Assembly: GCA_023398815.1 (NCBI GenBank)
Contig: JAEWRW010000020.1
Span: forward strand, 66,474 to 130,473
DNA from: Bacillota bacterium
GTDB taxonomy: Bacteria > Bacillota > Clostridia > Christensenellales > UMGS416
Length of the DNA: 64,000 bases
Direction of reading: 5' to 3'
Within the stretch, counting starts at the first letter, position 1; each line of letters opens with the position of its first letter. The translations under genes and the position numbers were made by a program. Shown in pieces: positions 8,917 through 17,022 of this stretch. Below the pieces are notes generated by a model. The model was given only the letters and a program-made list of their open reading frames with translations, searched no databases and was not told the DNA's origin.

Positions 8917-10704
8917 TTGCAGAAGCAGATGAAGTTGTTTCGGCGTAATAGCCGACCTTCTGGCCGATCAAATGATACCATGCTCCGGCGGCGGTCTCGC
9001 GTCAACCCGGTGGGGTTGAGCGTGGTCAGACCGGCCCGGAAGGGGATACTCCAGCGCATGGTGCGCGTGGCCAGGGTGCAATGGTGGCGCATGACCCGCC
9101 TGACCAAATGGCAGGCTCTTGCGCTGGGCGCTGTGTTGTTGCTGTGCGTGTCGGTGCCGGTGGGCCTGGCAGTCGCCCATGGGAGGGGCGGGGAACAGCC
9201 CGCGCTGAACGCCGTGGGCACCCCCAAGGCCACCGTGTCCGGGGCAGTGCAGATGGCTGCTGGGCAGCCGGACGTCACGCCTTCGGCGTCGGGGGACGCT
9301 TCAGCAGTGGGCGGCGACGCTACCGCTTCCCCATCGGCTACGGCTACGCCCGCCCCCACAGCCACGCCGGAGATTGATCCCTCCAACACCATCATCCGCC
9401 AGGGCGTCACCGCCCCAGTGGTGGCGGAGATTCAGAAACGCCTGATGGAACTGGACTACATGGGCGAGGACGAGCCGACCGAGTACTATGGCTCGGTCAC
9501 CGGTTCGGCCATCGCGCTCTTCCAGCGCCAGCACAAGCTTTCGGTGGATGGCGCGGTGGGTATGGAGACCTATACCCTGCTCATGGGCGACGAGGCGCAG
9601 AAGTATACCGTGATGGAGGGCGCGAGCGGCGAGGACGTCAAGGATCTGCAGGACCGCCTATATGAGCTGGGGTATCTGGAGAAGGTTACCGGGAACTTTG
9701 GCCAGCTCACGGCAAAAGCGGTTCAGAGCTTCCAGGAATACAATGGGCTGACCACGGACGGCAAGGTGGGCCAAAAGACGCGCGAACTGCTGTACAGCGC
9801 CGACGCCAAGGCCTATTTCCTCAAGTATGGCGAGCAGAGCAGCGAGGTCAAGACCTACCAGAATCGCCTGAAGACCTTGGGGTATTTGATGGCCGAGGCC
9901 GATGGGAAGTATGGCACGAATACCGTAACCGCCGTCCAGCGCTTTCAGGAGATCAACGGCCTGATCGCCGACGGCTTCCTGGGCCCGCAGACGGTGAAAC
10001 TGCTGATGTCCGGCTCCGCCCACGCCAACGCCCTCATCCTGGGCATGAGTGGCAGCGACATTGAGAATGTGCAGAAAAAGCTCAAAGCCTTGGGGTACAT
10101 GAAGTCCGTAACCGGTTACTTTGGCTCGGCGACGGAAGACGCGGTGAAGGCTTTCCAAAAGAGGAACGGGCTATCGTCCGACGGCACGGTTGGCAAAAAG
10201 ACGCTGAGCGTGTTAAGCTCCGGCAGCGCGAAGAAGGCTGGCTCAGACAGTGGCGGCGGCAGCGGTGGCGGTGGGGGCGATGATGACGATGACGATAACG
10301 ACAGCGGCGGTTCCTCCAACCTCAAGGGCGTGGAAAGGCTCATCTCCATTGCCGAAAGCAAGCTGGGCTGCAAGTATGTTTGGGGGGCGAAAGGCCCCAA
10401 CAAATTCGACTGTTCGGGTTTTGTGTACTATTGCCTCAATAAGGCTGGCGTCAAGCAGGGCTACCTGACCTCCAAAGGCTGGGCCAGCTCCCGCAGGTTC
10501 CAAAAGATCACTTCGACCAGCAAACTGAAGCGCGGCGACATCCTTGTCTTCAGCGGCGATTCAGCCGGGCATGTCGGCATCTACTTGGGCAATGGGCGCA
10601 TGATCGATGCTTCCTCCTCCAATGGCAAGGTCGTCAAGCGCAGCGGGCTGTGGAGTGGCTCCTATTGGTCCAGCCATTTCATCTGTGCCTTCCGCGTGTA
10701 CTGA
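8917..10704 (+). CDS. secreted peptidoglycan endopeptidase: 5x PG_binding_1 repeats + Gly/Asp linker + NlpC/P60 domain
   Basis: Repeated PG-binding modules are present. The linker is GSDSGGGSGGGGGDDDDDDNDSGGSS. The C-terminus FDCSGFVYYCLNKAGV...GDILVFSGDSAGHVGIYLGNGRMIDASS is an NlpC/P60 domain. Start is uncertain: TTG 8917, or internal ATGs, e.g. 9091 just before the TM segment WQALALGAVLLLCVSVPVGLAVA. Confidence 0.85.
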   Translation: MQKQMKLFRRNSRPSGRSNDTMLRRRSRVNPVGLSVVRPARKGILQRMVRVARVQWWRMTRLTKWQALALGAVLLLCVSVPVGLAVAHGRGGEQPALNAVGTPKATVSGAVQMAAGQPDVTPSASGDASAVGGDATASPSATATPAPTATPEIDPSNTIIRQGVTAPVVAEIQKRLMELDYMGEDEPTEYYGSVTGSAIALFQRQHKLSVDGAVGMETYTLLMGDEAQKYTVMEGASGEDVKDLQDRLYELGYLEKVTGNFGQLTAKAVQSFQEYNGLTTDGKVGQKTRELLYSADAKAYFLKYGEQSSEVKTYQNRLKTLGYLMAEADGKYGTNTVTAVQRFQEINGLIADGFLGPQTVKLLMSGSAHANALILGMSGSDIENVQKKLKALGYMKSVTGYFGSATEDAVKAFQKRNGLSSDGTVGKKTLSVLSSGSAKKAGSDSGGGSGGGGGDDDDDDNDSGGSSNLKGVERLISIAESKLGCKYVWGAKGPNKFDCSGFVYYCLNKAGVKQGYLTSKGWASSRRFQKITSTSKLKRGDILVFSGDSAGHVGIYLGNGRMIDASSSNGKVVKRSGLWSGSYWSSHFICAFRVY

Positions 10705-10891
10705 GAAATGCCTTTCGCGTCTGCCGCTGTGGCGACAGCCGCGATTCAAACAGCTTGTTCCCGTTATGGCTAGATCGGTCGCCGCACATGTCGCCGACCG
10801 ACCGATAAATTGTAGCTCTCATGCAGGCTTCCTAGTATACGTTGCGCCTTCGGGCGGAGTATTCTCTTCTGCTCGCACTGACCCTTCCTTT

Positions 10892-10930
10892 CCTCCCGCC
10901 GAATCAATCGGCGGGAGGTTCGTTTCCCTT
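10892..10930 (+). terminator. rho-independent terminator
   Basis: 11-bp GC-rich stem CCTCCCGCCGA / TCGGCGGGAGG followed by TTCGTTTCCCTTT. Confidence 0.7.
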
Positions 10931-11072
10931 TGCACGTTCTAGGGGTTTGCAGATACTCTGACGCACCGTGCCATTGACCCGCTGCGTTTTTGTGCGGGGT
11001 GATATGCTGGTGCGCCGCCTCGCAGGGTGATAGCGTGCTCCTATTCGACGGGGACGGGATTGACGTTGGGTG

Positions 11073-11835
11073 TCACTTTGCCGCCAGCAGGGTGAATTCG
11101 CCGGGGATACGGGCGTCGTCCCAGTGGGGGTGCTCGTGGAACTCCAGCAGGGTGAACCCGGCACCCAGCAGGCCATTGAGAGTGTCAGCGAGCGTGTAGA
11201 AGCGCAGGGAACAATCGGGGAAGGCAGCCTGTTCCTCTGGCGAAAAGAAGCTCTTGTAAGCCACATCGCCCCGGTGGATGCCGCTGTCGAAGTAGTCACC
11301 CGCCGCAGCTTCAGCGCTCTTGCCGATGTTGCCCACCGGTAGCACCTTGCGCAGGGGGTGGAAGTCGCTCAGCAGCAGCCGTCCGCCGGGCTTCAGGATG
11401 CGGTGCAGCGTGGCATAGAAGAGGCTGAGGTCTTGAAAGTAGTGCAGGATGCCGCCCTCCAGGTAGGCCAGGTCAAAGCAGCCATTCCATTGCTCGCCGG
11501 CCATGCAGAAGTCGCCCAGCTCGTATCCCAGCTCCACCCCGGCGCAGGCCGCCAGCTCCAGCGCGTAGCGTCGGTTCTCCTGCGAGAGGTCGAAGACCGT
11601 CACCTTCCGCCCCCAGCAGGGCCAGCGGCACGGCAATGCGGCCGTTGGAGCCACAGGGGTTGGCGATGCGCAAGCCCTGCACCTGCTCCAGCCACCGGCG
11701 GTGGTGCCGCAGGCGGGCGGCGGGGTCCCGCAGGAGTTCCTCCGCCTTCTCCTGTGGCGTGCCGTTGTTGCGGCACCAGAACTCATAGGCGCGGTGCTCC
11801 CAGGCTGTTTTGTTCTGCTGCGTGGCGTCAATCAT
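11073..11835 (-). pseudogene. class I SAM-dependent methyltransferase interrupted by a 1-nt frameshift in a homopolymer
   Basis: The N-terminal part is in ORF 11473..11835 (MIDATQQNKTAWEHRAYEFW...IANPCGSNGRIAVPLALLG). The C-terminal part is in ORF 11073..11831 (RKVTVFDLSQENRRYALELA...LKPGGRLLLSDFHP...). The frames switch at the C5 run 11610-11614; deleting one nt gives ...LALLGRKVTVFDLS... Confidence 0.75.
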
Positions 11836-12300
11836 GGCCGTCCTCCTGTGTCGGTGGTGTCACCCAGCGTGGCTTTGGCGAGGAGCCGCGTGGGCTAGAA
11901 TTCGTAAGGGGCCAGCCCTTCGATGCGGGCGGAGAAGAGCTTGAACTTCTCCATCATGAGGGGCAGCGCCTGCACAAGCCGTGTTGGTTTGTTGATGAGC
12001 ATACGCAAGTGGAGTAGGGGTGGTATCCAGCTATCATATCACAAATTCTATTGAGTTGCCTGCTTCCTGGTATCGCGTCAGGTTCCTGACGGCTGCCGGA
12101 TAGACAGGTGCTGTCCATTGTCCTCCAAGCGCGTCTATGGGTGGTCGTTTCCGGCCACGCCCGGGAGTGGTGTGGTATAATGAACCCAACAGAATGCGGC
12201 GCTGGGGTACCGCGAAGGCGTGAGTGCAGGTTGCCAGGATTGCGTGCCTAGGCCCATGCCCGGTGGAAGCGCCGGTAATCTGGCGGTGGAGGAGAATAAC

Positions 12301-14424
12301 GTGGAAGAAAACAAAGCAACCGTGCCGTGGTACAAACGGACCTACCGGTGGGCGCAGACCAACCTCACCGAGATCGACCCGGTGGCGTGCGACGTGGAGA
12401 TGTGGCGGCGCTTCTGGCGGGAGAACGACATTCAGGGGATCATCGTCAACGCTGCCGGCATCGTGGCCTATTACCCCAGCCAGTATGGCTTGCAGTACCG
12501 GGCCAAGTACCTGGGTGAGCGTGACCTGATGGGTGAGTTCACCCGTGCCGCGCGGGAGGAAGGCCTTGCCGTGCTGGCCCGCATGGACATCAACCGTGCC
12601 ACCGGGGAGTTTTACCGCGCGCACCCCGATTGGTTCGCCGTTGACCGGGAGGGGAACCCCTATACCGCCGGCGACCGGTACCTCTCCTGCATCAACAGTG
12701 GGTACTACAGGCAGTACACGCCGGATATTTTCCGCGAGGTCATCGACCGCTACCACCCCGATGGCTTCACCGACAACAGCTGGGCGGGCATCGCGGGCAT
12801 CTGTTACTGCAAAAATTGCCGCGAATCCTTCCGGCAATACGCAGGGTGCGAGCTGCCCGACGGGGTGGACTATGAGGATCCCATCTACCGCAAATGGCTG
12901 AAATGGAGCCAAATGTGCCGCACCGAGAACTGGAAACTCTTCAACCGCGTGGTGCGGGAGCACGGTGGGGAGGAGTGCCTTTGGATGGGTATGATCCATG
13001 GCAACCCCCTCTCTCAGGGCTATTTCCACTGCGACCTCAATGAAGTGCTGCGGGACGCCCCCGTCGTCATGCTGGACAGCCAGGGCAGGGACGCCGCGAC
13101 CGGTTTTGAGCAAAACGGCATCACCGGCGGCATGATGCATGGCCTGTGTGGTTGGGATGCCACCATGCCCGAGAGCATGAGTAACTATGCGCGCCTGGGA
13201 ATGACCTTCCGCCGCGCCGCCAACCCACCGGAGGAAGCGCGCCTGTGGATGGTGGAGGGGATTGCCGCGGGCATTTCGCCTTGGACACACTTCATTGGGG
13301 GTGCACAGGAGGATCGGCGGATGTTTGCCATTCCCGGGCCGGTGTTCCACTGGCACCGGGCGAATGAACGCCACCTGCACCACCGGACACCGTTGGCGAC
13401 CATTGGCTTGGGTTGGAGCCAGGACAATGTGCTCTTCTATGGCCGGGGCAACGCGGCCGAGATGGCCGGCCTGCCGTTCCGGGGCATGGCACAGGCCCTG
13501 ACCCGTGGCAGGCAGCAATACGTCCCCGTGCACCTGGATCGACTCCAGGACCCCGGCATCGATTTGCAGACCCTCGTGCTGCCAGACATCGCTGTGATGA
13601 GCGACGAGCAGTTGGAGAGCGTCTGTGCCTTTGTGCGGCGGGGCGGCAACCTCGTGTACTCCGGCACCACCGGCCTGTTGGATGGCTGGGGTGAAATGCG
13701 GAGTAGCTTCCCGCTGGATGAAGTCTGTGGTGTGCGCCGGTTGCGGGTGGAGGCTCCACGCCCCCACGCGTCGGTCAGCTGGGATGACTGCGCCAACCAC
13801 ACCTATCTGCGCCTGCCAGCCCATCGCCACGCCATTCTCAAGGGTTTTGAGGACACCGACATCCTGCCCTTTGGCGGCCTGCTGCACGCGGTGGAAGCGA
13901 ATGGCCTCGCCCCGGTGGCGACGTTCATTCCGCCGTTCCCCATCTACCCGCCGGAATTCAGCTACATGGAGACCACGCACACCGACCGGCCCGTCATTCT
14001 GGCGGGGGAGACGCCCTATGGCGGCAGGGTGGTGTACCTGGCGGGGGACATCGACCGTTGCTATGGCCGCACGCGCCTGCCCGACCTGGGGGGCTTGCTG
14101 GTCGGCTGCGTGCGCTGGGCCTCTGGTGAGCAGGCCGTGGAGGTCTTCGCCGACGCGTACCTCGACTGCAAGGCGTACAGGCAGGACGGCCGCGTCATCG
14201 TGCACCTCGTCAACTTGACCGGCGCGGGTCAATGGCCGGCCTATGTGGAACAGGCCCTGCCCACCGGCCCGGTGACCGTGGAGCTGGACACAACGATGCT
14301 GCCAGCGCCGACGGAGGCCTTCCTGACCGTGGCCGGGCGCAGGGCCAGCTTGGAACGCCGTGGAGACCGGTGGCGGGTGGAGATTGACAACGTGATGGGG
14401 CATGAGATGCTGGTTGTGGAGTGA
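12301..14424 (+). CDS. putative glycoside hydrolase (GHL6-like N-terminal TIM-barrel plus beta-galactosidase-trimerisation-like domain)
   Basis: Track ORF trimmed to GTG 12301 (GGAGGAG at 12288-12294, 6-nt spacer). WAQTNLTEIDP...GIIVNAAGIVAYYPS...LARMDINRA...HPDWFAVDREG resembles proteins usually annotated as beta-galactosidase trimerization domain-containing. The function label is from memory only. Confidence 0.5.
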   Translation: MEENKATVPWYKRTYRWAQTNLTEIDPVACDVEMWRRFWRENDIQGIIVNAAGIVAYYPSQYGLQYRAKYLGERDLMGEFTRAAREEGLAVLARMDINRATGEFYRAHPDWFAVDREGNPYTAGDRYLSCINSGYYRQYTPDIFREVIDRYHPDGFTDNSWAGIAGICYCKNCRESFRQYAGCELPDGVDYEDPIYRKWLKWSQMCRTENWKLFNRVVREHGGEECLWMGMIHGNPLSQGYFHCDLNEVLRDAPVVMLDSQGRDAATGFEQNGITGGMMHGLCGWDATMPESMSNYARLGMTFRRAANPPEEARLWMVEGIAAGISPWTHFIGGAQEDRRMFAIPGPVFHWHRANERHLHHRTPLATIGLGWSQDNVLFYGRGNAAEMAGLPFRGMAQALTRGRQQYVPVHLDRLQDPGIDLQTLVLPDIAVMSDEQLESVCAFVRRGGNLVYSGTTGLLDGWGEMRSSFPLDEVCGVRRLRVEAPRPHASVSWDDCANHTYLRLPAHRHAILKGFEDTDILPFGGLLHAVEANGLAPVATFIPPFPIYPPEFSYMETTHTDRPVILAGETPYGGRVVYLAGDIDRCYGRTRLPDLGGLLVGCVRWASGEQAVEVFADAYLDCKAYRQDGRVIVHLVNLTGAGQWPAYVEQALPTGPVTVELDTTMLPAPTEAFLTVAGRRASLERRGDRWRVEIDNVMGHEMLVVE

Positions 14425-14547
14425 GACCTCGACGACGAGCCCTTCGCTGGCACCCGATGCTCGGCACCCTCGAGCCGTGAGTTCTGCCGACCAGTGGGTC
14501 ATTCACAGCCAACGATAGACGATTCGGCAGGTAACCTGCCAACATAC

Positions 14548-14585
14548 AAAGGCCCCCGGAACTCTCGCGATTTCCGGGGGCCTTT
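14548..14585. terminator. bidirectional rho-independent terminator between convergent genes
   Basis: 14-bp stem AAAGGCCCCCGGAA / TTCCGGGGGCCTTT with A/T tracts on both sides. It lies between the hydrolase-like gene (+) and pcp (-). Confidence 0.85.
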
Positions 14586-14594
14586 CTTGCGTTA

Positions 14595-15212
14595 TTAGGG
14601 ATGCAAGGTGGCCGCGACCACGCCAATGGCAACGCCAATGCCTTGAGCAATGGTTTCGGTGGACATGCTCGGCACCGGGGTGGGGTGGGCCGCTGCCTGC
14701 GCGGTGGTGTAGGGCACGTGCAGGAACCCTGCGGGGGTGCGCAGGCCGTTCTGCTGCAAGAAATGCAGCACGCCGTACAGCAGGTGATTGCACACAAACG
14801 TGCCCGCCGTGTTGGACACACTGGCCGGCAGCCCCGCAGCGCGCATGGCCCCAACCATGGCCTTGATGGGCAGGGTGGAGAAGTAGGCGGACGGGCCATT
14901 GGGCTCGATGGGTACGTCCGTTGGTTGGTTGCCCTCGTTGTCCGGTATGGTGGCGTCGTCCATGTTGATGGCGACCCGCTCGGGCGTGAACCCGTACCGT
15001 CCACCGGCCTGGCCGATGCACAGCACGGCGTCGGGCCGCTCCCGGGCGATGGCGTCGGCCACAACCCCGACACTACGCCGGAACACGGTAGGCACCACAA
15101 GTTTGACGACATTGACCTCGCCTATCCGGTCGGGCACCAGCTTCACCGCCTCCTGCGCTGGGTTGATGGATTCCCCGCCGAAGGGGTCAAAGGCGGTCAG
15201 AAGCAGTTTCAT
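14595..15212 (-). CDS. pcp: pyroglutamyl-peptidase I
   Basis: MKLLLTAFDPFGGESINPAQEAV...VLCIGQAGGR...PERVAIN......PDNEGNQP...SNTAGTFVCNHLLYG...HVPY is the full-length Pcp signature, including the catalytic Cys in GTFVCN. Confidence 0.92.
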   Translation of the reverse strand: MKLLLTAFDPFGGESINPAQEAVKLVPDRIGEVNVVKLVVPTVFRRSVGVVADAIARERPDAVLCIGQAGGRYGFTPERVAINMDDATIPDNEGNQPTDVPIEPNGPSAYFSTLPIKAMVGAMRAAGLPASVSNTAGTFVCNHLLYGVLHFLQQNGLRTPAGFLHVPYTTAQAAAHPTPVPSMSTETIAQGIGVAIGVVAATLHP

Positions 15213-15283
15213 CGTGGCATCCTCCTGTGTCTGTTAATGAGTCGGTTGCAGCGTCGTGGCGGGGCACGCCTTCGCTGACGTTA

Positions 15284-15697
15284 TCACCGGTCCGTCAGCT
15301 GGTCGCCCCTGTCCAGCGCGGCCAGTTCCAGCTGGATGTACTTGGGGTATTTCCCCACCACCACGGTGTAGGCGTGGTCAATCATCCTGTGCAGTTCCTC
15401 GTCCGGCACCGTGCCATCCAGATTCACGGTGTTGAAGTGGGGCTGCTGAACGGGTGGGCAGTGGTAGCCGCGCGTCACCGAGCCCGTGTACAGCCCGCGG
15501 TAGTGCTCTGCCGAGATCGGGTCGCAGTTGAGCGTGACCTTTGGCTCACCCCGCAGCAAAAACGGTTGGGCAAAGATCCGTCCCTTGGCTTGGGAAGGCG
15601 CGCGTACCTTCACGACCGGGAGGGTCGGGTCAAACGGGAAATCCAGATAGGCTCCTGGCTTTTCAAGGCAATAATCAATGATCTGATCCAGCGTCAT
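15284..15697 (-). CDS. MmcQ/YjbR family DNA-binding protein
   Basis: Track ORF 15284..15928 trimmed to ATG at comp. 15695-15697 (GAGGTG RBS). MTLDQIIDYCLEKPGAYLDFPFDPTLPVVKV...IFA........TLNCDP.....L......V..GYH......NTV is the typical YjbR pattern. Confidence 0.75.
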   Translation of the reverse strand: MTLDQIIDYCLEKPGAYLDFPFDPTLPVVKVRAPSQAKGRIFAQPFLLRGEPKVTLNCDPISAEHYRGLYTGSVTRGYHCPPVQQPHFNTVNLDGTVPDEELHRMIDHAYTVVVGKYPKYIQLELAALDRGDQLTDR

Positions 15698-15864
15698 ATT
15701 GCACCTCGGATTTCCACAGCAAACAAAACGAACCAACGTATCCATCCTAATCCATGGGGCTTGGCGCAGGCAAGCAAAAAAATGCGAAACCGTGGCAGGG
15801 GGAGGCCCTGTGGCGTTGCTGGGTTGACGACGCTGACGAACCGCTCTCGGCCATCCCAGGCAAC

Positions 15865-15899
15865 AAAATAGCGAACCACAGGAGTGATTCGCCATTTTT
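15865..15899 (-). terminator. terminator hairpin, copy A of a repeated hairpin element
   Basis: AAAATAGCGAA-CCACAGGAGTGA-TTCGCCATTTTT lies downstream of the dsbA-like gene. It is nearly identical to the hairpin at 16649-16684. Confidence 0.65.
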
Positions 15900-15937
15900 G
15901 CTGAAGCCATTGGCGCAATGTCATTCACATCGCCAAC

Positions 15938-16450
15938 TCATTTGCAACAATCTTGCAGGAAAGCTGCCAATTGCTCCTCTGTCACGCCTACACCGCCTAC
16001 CGCGTCCAGCCGTTTGTCGCCACAGACAAAGGAGGGAACCGCCCATACCTTGTTGACCTCATAGGCATAGTCATTCGCTTCAGCGAGCGCCTTCGTGTAT
16101 GTGCCGTCTGTCAGAGCGGTCACAAACGCCCCCGTATCAATGCCCAGTGGTTTCACCGCTTCCGCCAATACCTGTGGATCGTCAATCTGTTGGTGCTCAT
16201 GGAAGTACATATCAAAAACGCGCTCGTTATACGCGGCAAGGTCAATGCCATGATCGCGCGCGAAAAACGCACCCATGACTGCTAAGTCGGCATACGGTTT
16301 ATGCTCGGGTTCTTCCACCTTTGGATGCGCTTCAACAGGCAGCCACGCAATTTCCGCCTGTGGGTAATCCACCAACAATTGCGTAAAACAACCCAGCCCG
16401 CGCAGGCAGTATGGGCAGGTGTGGTCAAAGAAAACTTCAATCTTGTTCAT
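15938..16450 (-). CDS. DsbA-family thioredoxin-fold oxidoreductase (CPYC active site)
   Basis: MNKIEVFFDHTCPYCLRG... has a CxxC motif at the N-terminus of a 170-aa DsbA/FrnE-like protein. It ends with VWAVPSFVCGDKRLDAVGGVG. Confidence 0.75.
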   Translation of the reverse strand: MNKIEVFFDHTCPYCLRGLGCFTQLLVDYPQAEIAWLPVEAHPKVEEPEHKPYADLAVMGAFFARDHGIDLAAYNERVFDMYFHEHQQIDDPQVLAEAVKPLGIDTGAFVTALTDGTYTKALAEANDYAYEVNKVWAVPSFVCGDKRLDAVGGVGVTEEQLAAFLQDCCK

Positions 16451-16648
16451 ATGTTTTAACCCCCTTATGTTCTTTGAGTGATCGTACCGCTATATTGCGG
16501 ATTACAAGTCTTTGTACATTTGGTCAGCCATTCTAAGAATGCCGGTACCACAATGATTACACGGTTTTACAGGAAAAACAATTGCATAAATAAGCTCTTT
16601 TTTGTGGAATGTGTTGACAAAAAAGCTGCAATGGATTGTCAGGCAAAG

Positions 16649-16684
16649 AAAAATCGCGAACCACAGAAGTGATTCGCGATTTTT
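16649..16684 (-). terminator. terminator hairpin, copy B of the repeated hairpin element, 15 nt downstream of tRNA-Leu
   Basis: AAAAATCGCGAA-CCACAGAAGTGA-TTCGCGATTTTT forms a perfect 11-bp stem, extendable by CAC/GTG around an AGAA tetraloop. Confidence 0.75.
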
Positions 16685-16698
16685 GCAGCTCTCGCCGC

Positions 16699-16782
16699 TG
16701 GTGCGATCGACCGGACTTGAACCGGTACGGGAATCCCACACGCCCCTCAAACGTGCGCGTCTGCCAGTTCCGCCACGATCGC
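16699..16782 (-). tRNA. tRNA-Leu (anticodon GAG), CCA encoded
   Basis: The reverse complement GCGATCGTGGCGGAACTGGCAGACGCGCACGTTTGAGGGGCGTGTGGGATTCCCGTACCGGTTCAAGTCCGGTCGATCGCACCA folds as a class II tRNA: 7-bp acceptor, Leu-type D arm, anticodon loop TTGAGGG, long variable arm and a GTTCAAGTC T-loop. Confidence 0.9.
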
Positions 16783-16859
16783 AGGCACTGCGTCGCGTTC
16801 CCAAAGCCGGTGAGGAGCCGAACCCGCCACGGAAACCGTGGGAGTGGAACGCGAAAGTT

Positions 16860-16888
16860 ATTATACGGGCCCCATTTCCGTTTGTCAA
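16860..16888 (-). promoter_or_regulatory. consensus SigA promoter TTGACA-17-TATAAT driving tRNA-Leu
   Basis: On the minus strand: cacaTTGACAaacggaaatggggcccgTATAATaac. Both hexamers are perfect with a 17-nt spacer, about 70 nt upstream of the mature tRNA 5' end. Confidence 0.8.
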
Positions 16889-17022
16889 TGTGTTTTTGGT
16901 GCGAATTGGTCGAGCGCGAGGCGAAGGAACGGGTTTTCTGGCGAAAGGCTCCGTTGGCTTGTGTTCCCGGTGGATATGCCGTAAAATGATGGAACTGGAA
17001 ATCCACGCCGCAGGGAGGGAAC

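Noticed and set aside
11897-12003. 35-aa minus-strand ORF MLINKPTRLVQALPLMMEKFKLFSARIEGLAPYEF*
   Set aside because: It is too short and has no recognisable family or RBS. It is possibly a gene remnant, but it is not supportable.
12034-14502. 822-aa ORF on the minus strand
   Set aside because: It is antisense to the well-supported hydrolase-like gene 12301..14424. The composition is Gly/Arg/Pro/His/Ala-rich, with no motifs and no RBS. This is a typical stop-codon-poor shadow frame in high-GC DNA.
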